DNA from: Bacillota bacterium
GTDB taxonomy: Bacteria > Bacillota_I > Bacilli_A > ML615J-28 > CAG-698
NCBI GenBank assembly: GCA_016280895.1
Contig: JAEEHM010000063.1
Location: 5,392 to 69,391 of the forward strand
Direction: 5' to 3'
DNA: 64,000 bases
The first letter of the stretch is position 1; every line of letters starts with the position of its first letter. Below are positions 10,196 through 19,228 of this stretch, piece by piece. Below the pieces are notes generated by a model. It was not told the DNA's origin. It saw nothing but the letters and a program-made list of their open reading frames with translations, and did no database searches. A program made the translations under genes and the position numbers.

Positions 10196-10732
10196 ATGAT
10201 AGTATTAGTAAGTGGCGGAGTCAAAAATGGAAAATCAACATATGCTGAAGAATTATGCTTGAAGCTTGCAAATGGGAATAAGCATTATTATTTAGCAACT
10301 ATGCTTCCATATGATGATGAAGATAGAAAAAGAGTGAAGAGACATCAAGAAAATAGAAAAGATAAAAACTTTGACACAATTGAAATTGCGTATGATATCA
10401 GCAAAGTTTTATCAATTAGTGATACTAATAGTACATATTTACTTGATAGTTTGACTGCACTTGTTTTAAATGAAATGTTTAAATATGAAAATAAACTATC
10501 AAATGATGAATTAACAAATAAAATCAACAATGATCTTGATGAACTATGTAAGAATGTAGATAATATCGTTATTGTCACTGATTATATATTTTCAGATGCC
10601 ATATATGTTAGTCAGTTCACTGAAGATTATTTGAAAATATTTGGAAGTGTTTCTTGCCACTTAGCGCAAATATCTGATTGTGTCATTGAATGTGTTTTAG
10701 GATGTCACAAATTTATAAAGGGGAAGATATAA
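10196..10732 (+). CDS. cobU: Adenosylcobinamide kinase / adenosylcobinamide-phosphate guanylyltransferase
   Basis: P-loop 'VSGGVKNGKST'. His-containing middle region 'KRVKRHQENR'. CobU-like C-terminus. Confidence 0.85.
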   Translation: MIVLVSGGVKNGKSTYAEELCLKLANGNKHYYLATMLPYDDEDRKRVKRHQENRKDKNFDTIEIAYDISKVLSISDTNSTYLLDSLTALVLNEMFKYENKLSNDELTNKINNDLDELCKNVDNIVIVTDYIFSDAIYVSQFTEDYLKIFGSVSCHLAQISDCVIECVLGCHKFIKGKI

Positions 10733-10733
10733 T

Positions 10734-11495
10734 ATGAAAAAATTATTTCATGCATTCTTTATGAGCTTAAGCTCTTTTACAAGAATTCCACCCTTATATA
10801 GAGGATGGGATGAAGAAGCAAAGAAATATATGCCACTGATGCTACCATTTGTGGGAGCAATTATCGGTGGATTATATTTCTTACTTGCATATTTATTACA
10901 TTTAACACAATTACCTAATATGTTAATTGCGTTATGCTTATTATTATTCCCTTATTTAATAACAGGCCTAATGCATATGGACGGTTTTTGTGATGTAGTT
11001 GATGCTAAAAATTCATATCGTAGCTTAGAAGAAAAAATAAGAATATTAAAGGATCCTCACATTGGTTCATTTGGCGTTCTATATGCAATATTCTTAATTC
11101 TTATCCATTTTGTGTTACTTTCAGTATTAGATGCAGAAACAAATTATTTATTCTTAATATTTATACCAATTACATCTAGAATAATGTCAGCATTATCACT
11201 TACATTATTTAAGAAAATATCGGTATCTGAGTATAATACAGAAGAAAACAAAAGCTTTAAAACATTTAAAATAATATATTTCATTATTTTATTAATTGCA
11301 GTACTTGCTATCCAATTTATTTTTACTAAATTATACGTGATTGTATCAGCAAGTATTATTGTTCTACATTTACTTGCAACATTAATCGCAAATCACGCAT
11401 TTAAAGGAATAAATGGTGATGTATCAGGATACGCAATTTCTATATCAGAAGCACTATCTTTAATAAGTTTAGTAATAATGCAGGTGATTATATGA
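10734..11495 (+). CDS. cobS: Adenosylcobinamide-GDP ribazoletransferase (cobalamin synthase)
   Basis: Polytopic membrane protein with the 'MHMDGFCDVVDA' CobS motif. Confidence 0.8.
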   Translation: MKKLFHAFFMSLSSFTRIPPLYRGWDEEAKKYMPLMLPFVGAIIGGLYFLLAYLLHLTQLPNMLIALCLLLFPYLITGLMHMDGFCDVVDAKNSYRSLEEKIRILKDPHIGSFGVLYAIFLILIHFVLLSVLDAETNYLFLIFIPITSRIMSALSLTLFKKISVSEYNTEENKSFKTFKIIYFIILLIAVLAIQFIFTKLYVIVSASIIVLHLLATLIANHAFKGINGDVSGYAISISEALSLISLVIMQVII

Positions 11496-11827
11496 TATTA
11501 ATTATTGGTGGCGCATATCAAGGTAAATTAGCATATGCGAAAGAAACATACAATTTAAAGGATGAAGACATTTGTGATGTAAAAGAAGGTCTTGATTTAC
11601 AAAAGAAATGTTTGTATCACGGAGAATATTTAGAATCAATTGATGATATTTTAGATGATTTAAAAGATAAGATTATCATTTTTGAAGATATTTTTTGTGG
11701 GCTTGTTCCAATTGATAAAGAGCTTAGATTGAATAGAGAAAAGAAAGCAATAATTGCAAGTGCATTAGCAAAACAAGCTGATAAGGTAATAAGAATTTAC
11801 TTATCAATTCCTGAGGTGTTAAAATGA
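11492..11827 (+). CDS. Miniature CobU-like protein (N- and C-terminal CobU segments only; degenerate P-loop)
   Basis: 'MILIIGGAYQGKLAYAKE' parallels the CobU P-loop but lacks the Ser/Thr after Lys. The C-terminus 'IFCGLVPIDKELRLNREKKAIIASALAKQADKVIRIYLS' parallels the CobU C-terminus. About 70 central residues, including the guanylyl-His region, are absent. 4-nt overlaps with cobS and cobC. Confidence 0.5.
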   Translation: MILIIGGAYQGKLAYAKETYNLKDEDICDVKEGLDLQKKCLYHGEYLESIDDILDDLKDKIIIFEDIFCGLVPIDKELRLNREKKAIIASALAKQADKVIRIYLSIPEVLK

Positions 11828-12402
11828 AAAGAGTATTTTTAATTAGGCATGGAGAAACCATGGCTAATATCAAACATCAATATTGTGGTTCATCTGATTT
11901 GAGTTTATCAGATGAAGGAAAAGAAAAATTAAAAGACTTGATCTCTTTATATGATGATGTATCAAAGGGTTCTATCTTTATTACATCAGGGATGAAGCGA
12001 GCAAATGAATCACTTAATATACTATTTGGTGATGTTAAAAAAGAAGAATATCCAGGATTAAAAGAAATGGACTTTGGTCCATTTGAACTTAAAACATATG
12101 AAGAATTAAAAGATGATAAGGAATATCAGCTTTGGATACAAGATACTTTCAACAACAAAATAAAAGGTGGAGAAAGTTTTGCAATTCAAAGAAAAAGAGT
12201 CTTATCCGCTTATGATGAGATTATTCAAAAATACAAGAACATTGATAAAGATGTGATTATTCTTGCTCATGGTGGCACAATCTTTCACATCATTGATAAT
12301 TTATTTAAAGAGGGAAAATATGTATATGAAATTCAACCTGCATCAGGACATGCATATGTAATTGATTATACAAAAGAAAAAATATTTTACGAAAAGAGAT
12401 AA
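11824..12402 (+). CDS. cobC: Alpha-ribazole phosphatase (histidine phosphatase family)
   Basis: 'LIRHGET' catalytic RHG motif, and position in the cob operon. Confidence 0.65.
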   Translation: MKRVFLIRHGETMANIKHQYCGSSDLSLSDEGKEKLKDLISLYDDVSKGSIFITSGMKRANESLNILFGDVKKEEYPGLKEMDFGPFELKTYEELKDDKEYQLWIQDTFNNKIKGGESFAIQRKRVLSAYDEIIQKYKNIDKDVIILAHGGTIFHIIDNLFKEGKYVYEIQPASGHAYVIDYTKEKIFYEKR

Positions 12403-12409
12403 AGAACAT

Positions 12410-14194
12410 ATGAAAAAATTATTATTTTCCTTAATTATATTTATTGTTGTTTTTATGTTTGGCTGTAATAATAATAAAACATGTACAATAGATGCAGAAA
12501 ATGTTGACGTATTAGTTGGAGAAAGTTATAAACTTTCCTTAAACACAAATGTGAAAAATCCCCATTTTGTGTATGAAATAGATAATAATATCATTGAAAT
12601 AAAAGATGATGTAATCTACGCAAAAGAAATAGGAATCGCAAATGTAGATGTATCTGTGAAGAATCACGAAGGCAAAGCATCATTTGTGGTAAGAGTATGT
12701 CAAGAAGGACTTACAATATTTGGTTTACATGAACAAGTAATTTTAGAACACCAACAATTAGATTTAGTAAGATTTGGTGTTGATGAGGAAGAGCATATTA
12801 CTTGGAGAAGTAGTAATATTGATGTGGCACGTGTTTCAAATGGTGAGGTTATTCCTAATGGTTTAGGAAAAACTACTGTCACTGCAAAGACTGATATTTA
12901 TTCAGCGACATTTGAACTTGAAATTATTCGCCCAATGCCAAGTGATGTAGAAACAAAGACTGAACTTAGATTTGAAGAATCTTCAAAATATAGTATTGAA
13001 TATAATGTGTTACCAGAATATGCTTTACAAGATGTTAAAATTATTTCATCTAATGATAATTTAATTGTGAATGATGATAACACAATCCTTGCAAACAAAA
13101 AGGGTAGTGCTACATTATCTATTTCCCCTTTAAGCAATGATTCAATTGTGAAAGTAGTAAATGTTGAAATATTTGAAAATAAAGCTCCTGTATTTGAATA
13201 TACAGATGATTATCAAGAAGAATTAGAAATTAATTATAATGATAAAGAAGCACTACTAACAGGTATTAAAGCTATTGATAATGTTGATGGTGATATTACA
13301 GATAAAATCGAATTTGATAATAATCTTATTTGTACATATGGTCGTCAAGAAATAACATTAAAGGTAAAAGATAATAGTGGTAATGTTAGTACAATAAATA
13401 GAATCGTCGATGTAAAATGGAATTACCATACTAAATTTATTGGCCATAGTGGTTCATATTATGGAGTTCCTAATACTGAGGCTGCTTTCTTATATGCTGC
13501 TAAGAACTTACATTATCAAGCATTAGAGTGTGATTTACAAGTTACAAAAGATGGTGTTTATGTAACCAACCATGATTCATTTATTGGTGATTTTGTGATT
13601 AGTGAACATACATATGCTGAACTTCAAGAAATTACCTTGACACGTACCAATTCTGGTTATATTAAATCCTTAGGTCTTGATACAACAGAAAAATACGAAA
13701 GTAAGGTATGTACCTTAGAACGTTATTTAGAAATCTGCAAAACATATGGTTGTGAAGCAGTTATAGAAATAAAAGGATCATCACCTGGACTTTCTAGTTC
13801 AAGTCAAGCAGGAATGCAAAGATTAGTTGATTTTGTGAAAGAAAAAGGAATGTGGGATGACACAATCTTTTTAACATCAACTGTTGCTTGTTTAAAATGG
13901 CTTAGAAATAATGGCTATAATGATGTAAGATGTCAATATTTAGTTAGTTCATGTGAAAGCCAAGATGTATTAAATACATGTATTGAATACAATTTTGATC
14001 TTAGTACTAATGTAACATATGGTGGACCTAATAGTGATGAGTGGCTACAAAAATACCATGATGCTGGTCTTGAAATATCTGTTTGGACTTTTGATATTTA
14101 CACAAAATATGAAGTAGGACAAGCATGGATTGACAAGGGTGTTGAATATATTACCTGTGATTGGTATGTAATGGAAGAAATGAATTTAAAATAA
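12410..14194 (+). CDS. Surface lipoprotein with three Big_2 Ig-like domains, a DUF5011-like Ig domain and a C-terminal glycerophosphodiester phosphodiesterase (GDPD) domain
   Basis: Lipobox 'VFMFGC'. Big_2-like repeats. GDPD motifs 'FIGHSGSYYGVPNTEAAF...ECDLQVTKDGVYVTNHD'. Start moved to ATG 12410. Confidence 0.7.
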   Translation: MKKLLFSLIIFIVVFMFGCNNNKTCTIDAENVDVLVGESYKLSLNTNVKNPHFVYEIDNNIIEIKDDVIYAKEIGIANVDVSVKNHEGKASFVVRVCQEGLTIFGLHEQVILEHQQLDLVRFGVDEEEHITWRSSNIDVARVSNGEVIPNGLGKTTVTAKTDIYSATFELEIIRPMPSDVETKTELRFEESSKYSIEYNVLPEYALQDVKIISSNDNLIVNDDNTILANKKGSATLSISPLSNDSIVKVVNVEIFENKAPVFEYTDDYQEELEINYNDKEALLTGIKAIDNVDGDITDKIEFDNNLICTYGRQEITLKVKDNSGNVSTINRIVDVKWNYHTKFIGHSGSYYGVPNTEAAFLYAAKNLHYQALECDLQVTKDGVYVTNHDSFIGDFVISEHTYAELQEITLTRTNSGYIKSLGLDTTEKYESKVCTLERYLEICKTYGCEAVIEIKGSSPGLSSSSQAGMQRLVDFVKEKGMWDDTIFLTSTVACLKWLRNNGYNDVRCQYLVSSCESQDVLNTCIEYNFDLSTNVTYGGPNSDEWLQKYHDAGLEISVWTFDIYTKYEVGQAWIDKGVEYITCDWYVMEEMNLK

Positions 14195-14267
14195 TATCAA
14201 ATAATTTGAAAATATAAAAGAAAACGGGTATAATAATTACATCGTATTTAGAAAGGAAGGTAGCAAT

Positions 14268-15734
14268 ATGCCTTGTACAACACTATTAGTCGGAAAGAAT
14301 GCAAGTTATGATGGATCAACAATGATGGCAAGAAATGAAGATTCTGGTTCAGGAAGTTTCACAGCCAAAAAATTTATTGTTGTTAATCCTAATGAACAAG
14401 TAAAGGAATACAAATCAGTTATTTCCAAAATAAAAATTACTTTACCAGATAATCCTCTTCGTTATACTGCAATGCCAAATGCGTTAAATGATGAAGGTAT
14501 TTGGGGAGAAGCTGGAATTAATGAACTTAATGTCGCAATGAGTGAAACTGAAACTATTACATCTAATCCACGTGTATTGGGTGCTGACCCACTTGTAAAG
14601 AGTGGAATCGGTGAGGAAGATATGCTAACAATCGTACTTCCATATATCAAAAGTGCAAGAGAAGGTGTAAAACGTTTAGGTGAATTACTTGAAAAATATG
14701 GTACTTATGAAATGAATGGTATCGGTTTTCAAGATGTAAATGAAATATGGTGGTTAGAATCAATTGGTGGACATCATTGGATAGCTAAAAGAGTTCCCGA
14801 TGATGCTTATGTAGTTATGCCAAATCAACAAGGAATCGATTTCCTTGATTTAAAAGATGCATATTCTAAACAAGAAAACAATATGTGTTCTAGTGATTTA
14901 ATTGATTTCATTAGAACAAATCATCTTGATTTAGATTTAAATGCAGTTAAATTAGAAGAAAACACTAATTTCAACGTAAGATTTGCGTTTGGTAGTCATA
15001 GTGATTCAGATCATTCATATAATACACCAAGAGCTTGGTATATGTTGAAATATTTCAACCCTAACACATATAAGTGGGAAGGTGAAGATGCATACTATGG
15101 ACCTGAAAGTGATAATCTTCCTTGGATGATGGTTCCAGAAAGAAAGATAACAGTAGAAGATGTTAAATATGTATTATCATCTTATTATCAAGGAACTAAG
15201 TATAATCCATATTCTAATAGAACTGATGATAAATATAGAGGTATGTATCGTGCAATAGGTATTAATCGTAATAACTTTGTTGCGTTAACACAATTAAGAC
15301 CTTATATGAAAAAAGAAATTATGGCTATTGAATGGATTGCATGTGGTTCAAATGCTTTCAATGAATTTGTTCCTTTCTATGCAAATGTAACTAAAACACC
15401 AGATTATTTAGCTAAAACAAGTGCTCTTGTTACTACTGAGAATTTCTATTGGGTAAATAGAATAATTGGTGTTATGGTAGATGCACATTATCCAAAAACA
15501 ATAGCAGAAATAGATGCATATAAATTAAAAATGGCATCAACATCACATAACTTAATTAAAAAGTTTGATAAAGAGTTTAATGAGGGAAATGTAAAAGATG
15601 TTAATGCATATTTAGAAAAATGTAATGAAGAATTAGCTAAGAATGCTAAAAAACTAACATATAAAGTATTAGACAAGGTATTATATTTAGCATCATTAGA
15701 AATGAAAAATGGTTTTTCAAGAGGAGATGCTTAA
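14268..15734 (+). CDS. C69-family dipeptidase
   Basis: N-terminal 'MPCTTLLVGKNASYDGSTMMARNEDS' with the nucleophile Cys after Met, typical of peptidase C69. Confidence 0.8.
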   Translation: MPCTTLLVGKNASYDGSTMMARNEDSGSGSFTAKKFIVVNPNEQVKEYKSVISKIKITLPDNPLRYTAMPNALNDEGIWGEAGINELNVAMSETETITSNPRVLGADPLVKSGIGEEDMLTIVLPYIKSAREGVKRLGELLEKYGTYEMNGIGFQDVNEIWWLESIGGHHWIAKRVPDDAYVVMPNQQGIDFLDLKDAYSKQENNMCSSDLIDFIRTNHLDLDLNAVKLEENTNFNVRFAFGSHSDSDHSYNTPRAWYMLKYFNPNTYKWEGEDAYYGPESDNLPWMMVPERKITVEDVKYVLSSYYQGTKYNPYSNRTDDKYRGMYRAIGINRNNFVALTQLRPYMKKEIMAIEWIACGSNAFNEFVPFYANVTKTPDYLAKTSALVTTENFYWVNRIIGVMVDAHYPKTIAEIDAYKLKMASTSHNLIKKFDKEFNEGNVKDVNAYLEKCNEELAKNAKKLTYKVLDKVLYLASLEMKNGFSRGDA

Positions 15735-15795
15735 AAATTATTTATTGAATAATTGATTTTCTTGTGTTATAATCATTGCATTAGGAGAGCTTATT

Positions 15796-16995
15796 ATGAA
15801 CTTTTTAAATATTTTGCCGTATAAAGATCTATATTTTCTTCAAATAGATATATGTTGCATAGTACTATTATTATTTGTGTTAATAAAATGGTCTAGGCAA
15901 AAAAAGGATATATCTACAGGAAGTACACTTATAAGATTAGCTATTACTTCATCGATAATCTTTTGCGTAAGTGATTCAATCGCTGGTGTTTTGGAAGATT
16001 ATGTGTTTAGTGGTTCGGCAATTATAATGTATATTTCTAATATAATATATTATCTATCAGTATTATTGATTGCGGTATTTTGGATGCAGTATTCAATGTT
16101 GAAAATTGGTGCTAATGTCGTCAATAATAAAAAGAGGAATGCTTTATTATTGATTCCAGCAATCCTATTTGCGATATTATTATTTTCGACACCATTTACT
16201 CATTGGATTTTTAAAATCGATCTAGATACTTGTGCATATTCAAGAGGACCATTAGTATTTCTACATTGGATTTCAACATTGTTTTATGTAATATATGGAG
16301 TTGCAATAATTGTACAAGCAATCAGTAAAGAAAGAAATAGGGTAAGAAAAGCGGAATTCAGATCATTATTATGGTTTCCTATTCCACCAATGATTGTTTT
16401 GGTTCTTCAAATATTCTTAGCAGGAGTATCTATTGTTCAATTTGGTTTAACATTCTCTATTCTCCTTCTATATGTAGAAGAACAAAGCTCAATGGTTCAA
16501 ACTGATGATTTAACAAAATTAAATAATAGAAGAAGTCTAGATATTTATATAGAAACTAGCTTAAGTCATGTTTCTTCAGCTATTGATTTCACTTTCTTAA
16601 TGATTGATATCAATCACTTTAAAGAAATTAATGATAATTATGGCCATCTAGTTGGTGACCAAGTATTGAAAAGTTTTGCAGAAATTTTAAAAGCATCTTG
16701 TGAAGAGAGCCAAAAGCGTTTATTCTTATGTCGTTATGGTGGAGATGAGTTCTTGATTGTTGGTAAAAATGTTAAGGACGAAGATGTTGAAAATATTAAA
16801 GAATATATTGCAAATAACATGCAAGAAAAGATTGTTTTAGAAGATTTTGATTTCAATGTATCTGCTAGTATTGGTGTAGCAAGAGGAACATGTCAAGACT
16901 TTGAAGATGTTGAACATTTGATTCGTGTTGCTGATGAAGACATGTATGAAGAAAAAAAGAATTTCCGTAATAAGGAAATTAGAAAACAAAAATAA
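15796..16995 (+). CDS. Membrane-anchored diguanylate cyclase (GGDEF domain)
   Basis: About 6 N-terminal TM helices, then a GGDEF domain ('RYGGDEFLIV', 'DINHFKEINDNYGH'). Confidence 0.8.
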   Translation: MNFLNILPYKDLYFLQIDICCIVLLLFVLIKWSRQKKDISTGSTLIRLAITSSIIFCVSDSIAGVLEDYVFSGSAIIMYISNIIYYLSVLLIAVFWMQYSMLKIGANVVNNKKRNALLLIPAILFAILLFSTPFTHWIFKIDLDTCAYSRGPLVFLHWISTLFYVIYGVAIIVQAISKERNRVRKAEFRSLLWFPIPPMIVLVLQIFLAGVSIVQFGLTFSILLLYVEEQSSMVQTDDLTKLNNRRSLDIYIETSLSHVSSAIDFTFLMIDINHFKEINDNYGHLVGDQVLKSFAEILKASCEESQKRLFLCRYGGDEFLIVGKNVKDEDVENIKEYIANNMQEKIVLEDFDFNVSASIGVARGTCQDFEDVEHLIRVADEDMYEEKKNFRNKEIRKQK

Positions 16996-17024
16996 GGTAT
17001 TCTTATATTATATATAAGAAAAAG

Positions 17025-17055
17025 TAAAAAAGGACTCGATTGAGTCCTTTTTTAA
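17025..17055. terminator. Bidirectional rho-independent terminator (GGDEF gene + / rpmB -)
   Basis: aggactc-gatt-gagtcct 7-bp GC-containing stem flanked by an A-run and a T-run. Confidence 0.75.
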
Positions 17056-17067
17056 CTTAAACTAAAA

Positions 17068-17259
17068 TTAAGCACGTTTTACTAAACCAGAACGTAAAGC
17101 ACGTGTAGAAACATACACTTTCTTTACTTTACCATCTTCATCGATGATTCTTACTTTTTGTAAGTTGGCTTTCCAAGTTCTTCTTGTAGCCTTTAATGAG
17201 TGAGGACGGTTGTTACCAGTTGATGTACCTAATCCAGTTACATAACATTTACGAGCCAT
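17068..17259 (-). CDS. rpmB: 50S ribosomal protein L28
   Basis: '[34 protein letters not shown]' is canonical L28. AGGAGG RBS. Confidence 0.9.
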   Translation of the reverse strand: MARKCYVTGLGTSTGNNRPHSLKATRRTWKANLQKVRIIDEDGKVKKVYVSTRALRSGLVKRA

Positions 17260-17367
17260 AATGACCTCCTATAAAACCTAAACTATTATAACATATTATT
17301 TGAAAAATAGCAATAATTATTTTTTATTTTCACATTTTTTTGGCCTTCTTTAGTTTTTAAAAATGTC

Positions 17368-17396
17368 TTGCATTTTACTACTGTTTGTGATATAAT
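17368..17396 (+). promoter_or_regulatory. Sigma-A promoter for yloV
   Basis: TTGCAT (17368-73), 17-nt spacer, TGaTATAAT (17388-96). A 5'UTR hairpin tatccc/gggata lies at 17410-17428. Confidence 0.55.
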
Positions 17397-17478
17397 ATTT
17401 AAGTAATATTATCCCTTTATAGGGGATACTTATTGTTTATCAATTAATACTTATTTTAATTGATTGTGGAGGAATTTT

Positions 17479-19176
17479 ATGGCAATTACTATGATAGATG
17501 GCACCTTGTTTAAGGCATTGATCATAAATGGTGCTGCTAATTTGAAAGCTAATTATCAATATGTTGACTCTTTAAATGTATTTCCTGTACCTGATGGAGA
17601 TACTGGAACAAATATGAAAATGACAATCGAAGGTGGTATTAATGAAATTAGTACTATCGACGAAAAAAATATTTTTGAATTAACAAAAAAATTATCTCGT
17701 GGAATGTTGATGGGAGCCAGAGGTAATTCAGGTGTTATCCTATCTCAATTATTCAGAGGTTTCAATAAGGGTTGTAAAGACCAAACAAAATTAAATGCAA
17801 TGGGTTTGGCTCAAGCTTTTCAATCTGGTGTTGAACAAGCATATAAAGCAGTAACAAAACCTGCTGAAGGAACAATATTAACAGTTGCTAGAGAAGCATG
17901 CGATAAGATGAAATTAATTTCTTATTCAAAAATGCCAATTGTTGAATTCTTTGAAGAATATTTAGCTGAAGCTAAAAGATCATTAGAAAATACACCTAAT
18001 TTACTTCCTGTGTTAAAAGAGGCAGGAGTAGTAGATAGTGGTGGTGCTGGATATGTTTGTATCATTGAAGGTATGCTTAAAGCATTAAAGGGCGAAATGA
18101 TTTCTTTAGATGAAACTGAAAAGAAAGATTTTGAAACACATATCGCTCAATTTACAGTTAATACACAAACTCAAAATAATGAATTTGGTTATTGCACAGA
18201 ATTCTTAGTTGAATTAGATAAAGAAAGAATTGGTTGTGAACTTGCTGATTTTAGTGAAAAAACAATTCTTGATCGTATCTCTCCACTTGGAAATTCAATT
18301 GTTATTTTAAAAGATGAAAATGTTGTTAAATGTCATATTCATACTTTAAAACCAGGTGTAGTATTAAATATTGCACAAGAATATGGTGAATTCATAAAAT
18401 TAAAAATTGAAAATATGTCAATTCAACATTCACAATTACAACAAGTATCTCCAAATGAAGCTACTCATGAAGGACAAACAATTGTTCCTGAAAAACCTAA
18501 GAAACCAGAACTTAGAAGCAAATATTCAGTTGTATCTGTAGCTTCTGGTGAAGGCTTAACAGCAACATTTAAAGAAATGGGTGTTGATTATGTTGTAAGT
18601 GGCGGTCAAAGCATGAATCCTTGTACTGAAGATTTCATTAATGGCTTTGATACATTAAATGCAGAAAATATTATTGTTTTCCCTAATAATAAGAATATTT
18701 TACTTGCTGCTAAACAAGCTGCAAAAATATATACAGAAAGCAATGTAATTGTTATTCCAACATCTTCAATTGCTGAAGGTTTCTCAGCATTAACAATGTT
18801 AGATTTAAATGATGAACCTGAACAATTAGTTCAAAACTTAGAAGAAATCATTAAAAATGTAACTAGTATGTCAGTAACTTATGCTATTAGAAATACTAAA
18901 TTAGGCGATGTTGAAGTTCATAAAGATGATTACATTGGTATAATGAATGGTAAAATTGTTACATCTAATAAACGTAGATATGATACAGTTAAAAACTTGT
19001 TAAAACAAGCTAAAGTTAATGAAAAAGATATAATCACTATTATATATGGAAAAGATGTTCCAGAAAAGACTGCTAACGAATTCGCAAAATATGTTAAGAA
19101 GACATATACTAATATCGAAATCGAAGTCATTAATGGTGGCCAAGACGTTTATAGCTATATAATCGCTCTTGAATAA
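17479..19176 (+). CDS. yloV: DAK2-domain fusion protein YloV
   Basis: N-terminus 'VFPVPDGDTGTNM...GARGNSGVILSQLFRGF' matches the YloV/DAK2 family. Start moved to ATG 17479, 6 nt after GGAGG. Confidence 0.85.
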   Translation: MAITMIDGTLFKALIINGAANLKANYQYVDSLNVFPVPDGDTGTNMKMTIEGGINEISTIDEKNIFELTKKLSRGMLMGARGNSGVILSQLFRGFNKGCKDQTKLNAMGLAQAFQSGVEQAYKAVTKPAEGTILTVAREACDKMKLISYSKMPIVEFFEEYLAEAKRSLENTPNLLPVLKEAGVVDSGGAGYVCIIEGMLKALKGEMISLDETEKKDFETHIAQFTVNTQTQNNEFGYCTEFLVELDKERIGCELADFSEKTILDRISPLGNSIVILKDENVVKCHIHTLKPGVVLNIAQEYGEFIKLKIENMSIQHSQLQQVSPNEATHEGQTIVPEKPKKPELRSKYSVVSVASGEGLTATFKEMGVDYVVSGGQSMNPCTEDFINGFDTLNAENIIVFPNNKNILLAAKQAAKIYTESNVIVIPTSSIAEGFSALTMLDLNDEPEQLVQNLEEIIKNVTSMSVTYAIRNTKLGDVEVHKDDYIGIMNGKIVTSNKRRYDTVKNLLKQAKVNEKDIITIIYGKDVPEKTANEFAKYVKKTYTNIEIEVINGGQDVYSYIIALE

Positions 19177-19182
19177 AGAACA

Positions 19183-19210
19183 AAGGGCAATGTAAATTGC
19201 CCTTTTATTA
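19183..19210 (+). terminator. Rho-independent terminator
   Basis: aagggcaat-gtaa-attgccctt followed by TTATT. Confidence 0.7.
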
Positions 19211-19228
19211 TAATTGAAAGGAGTTAAT

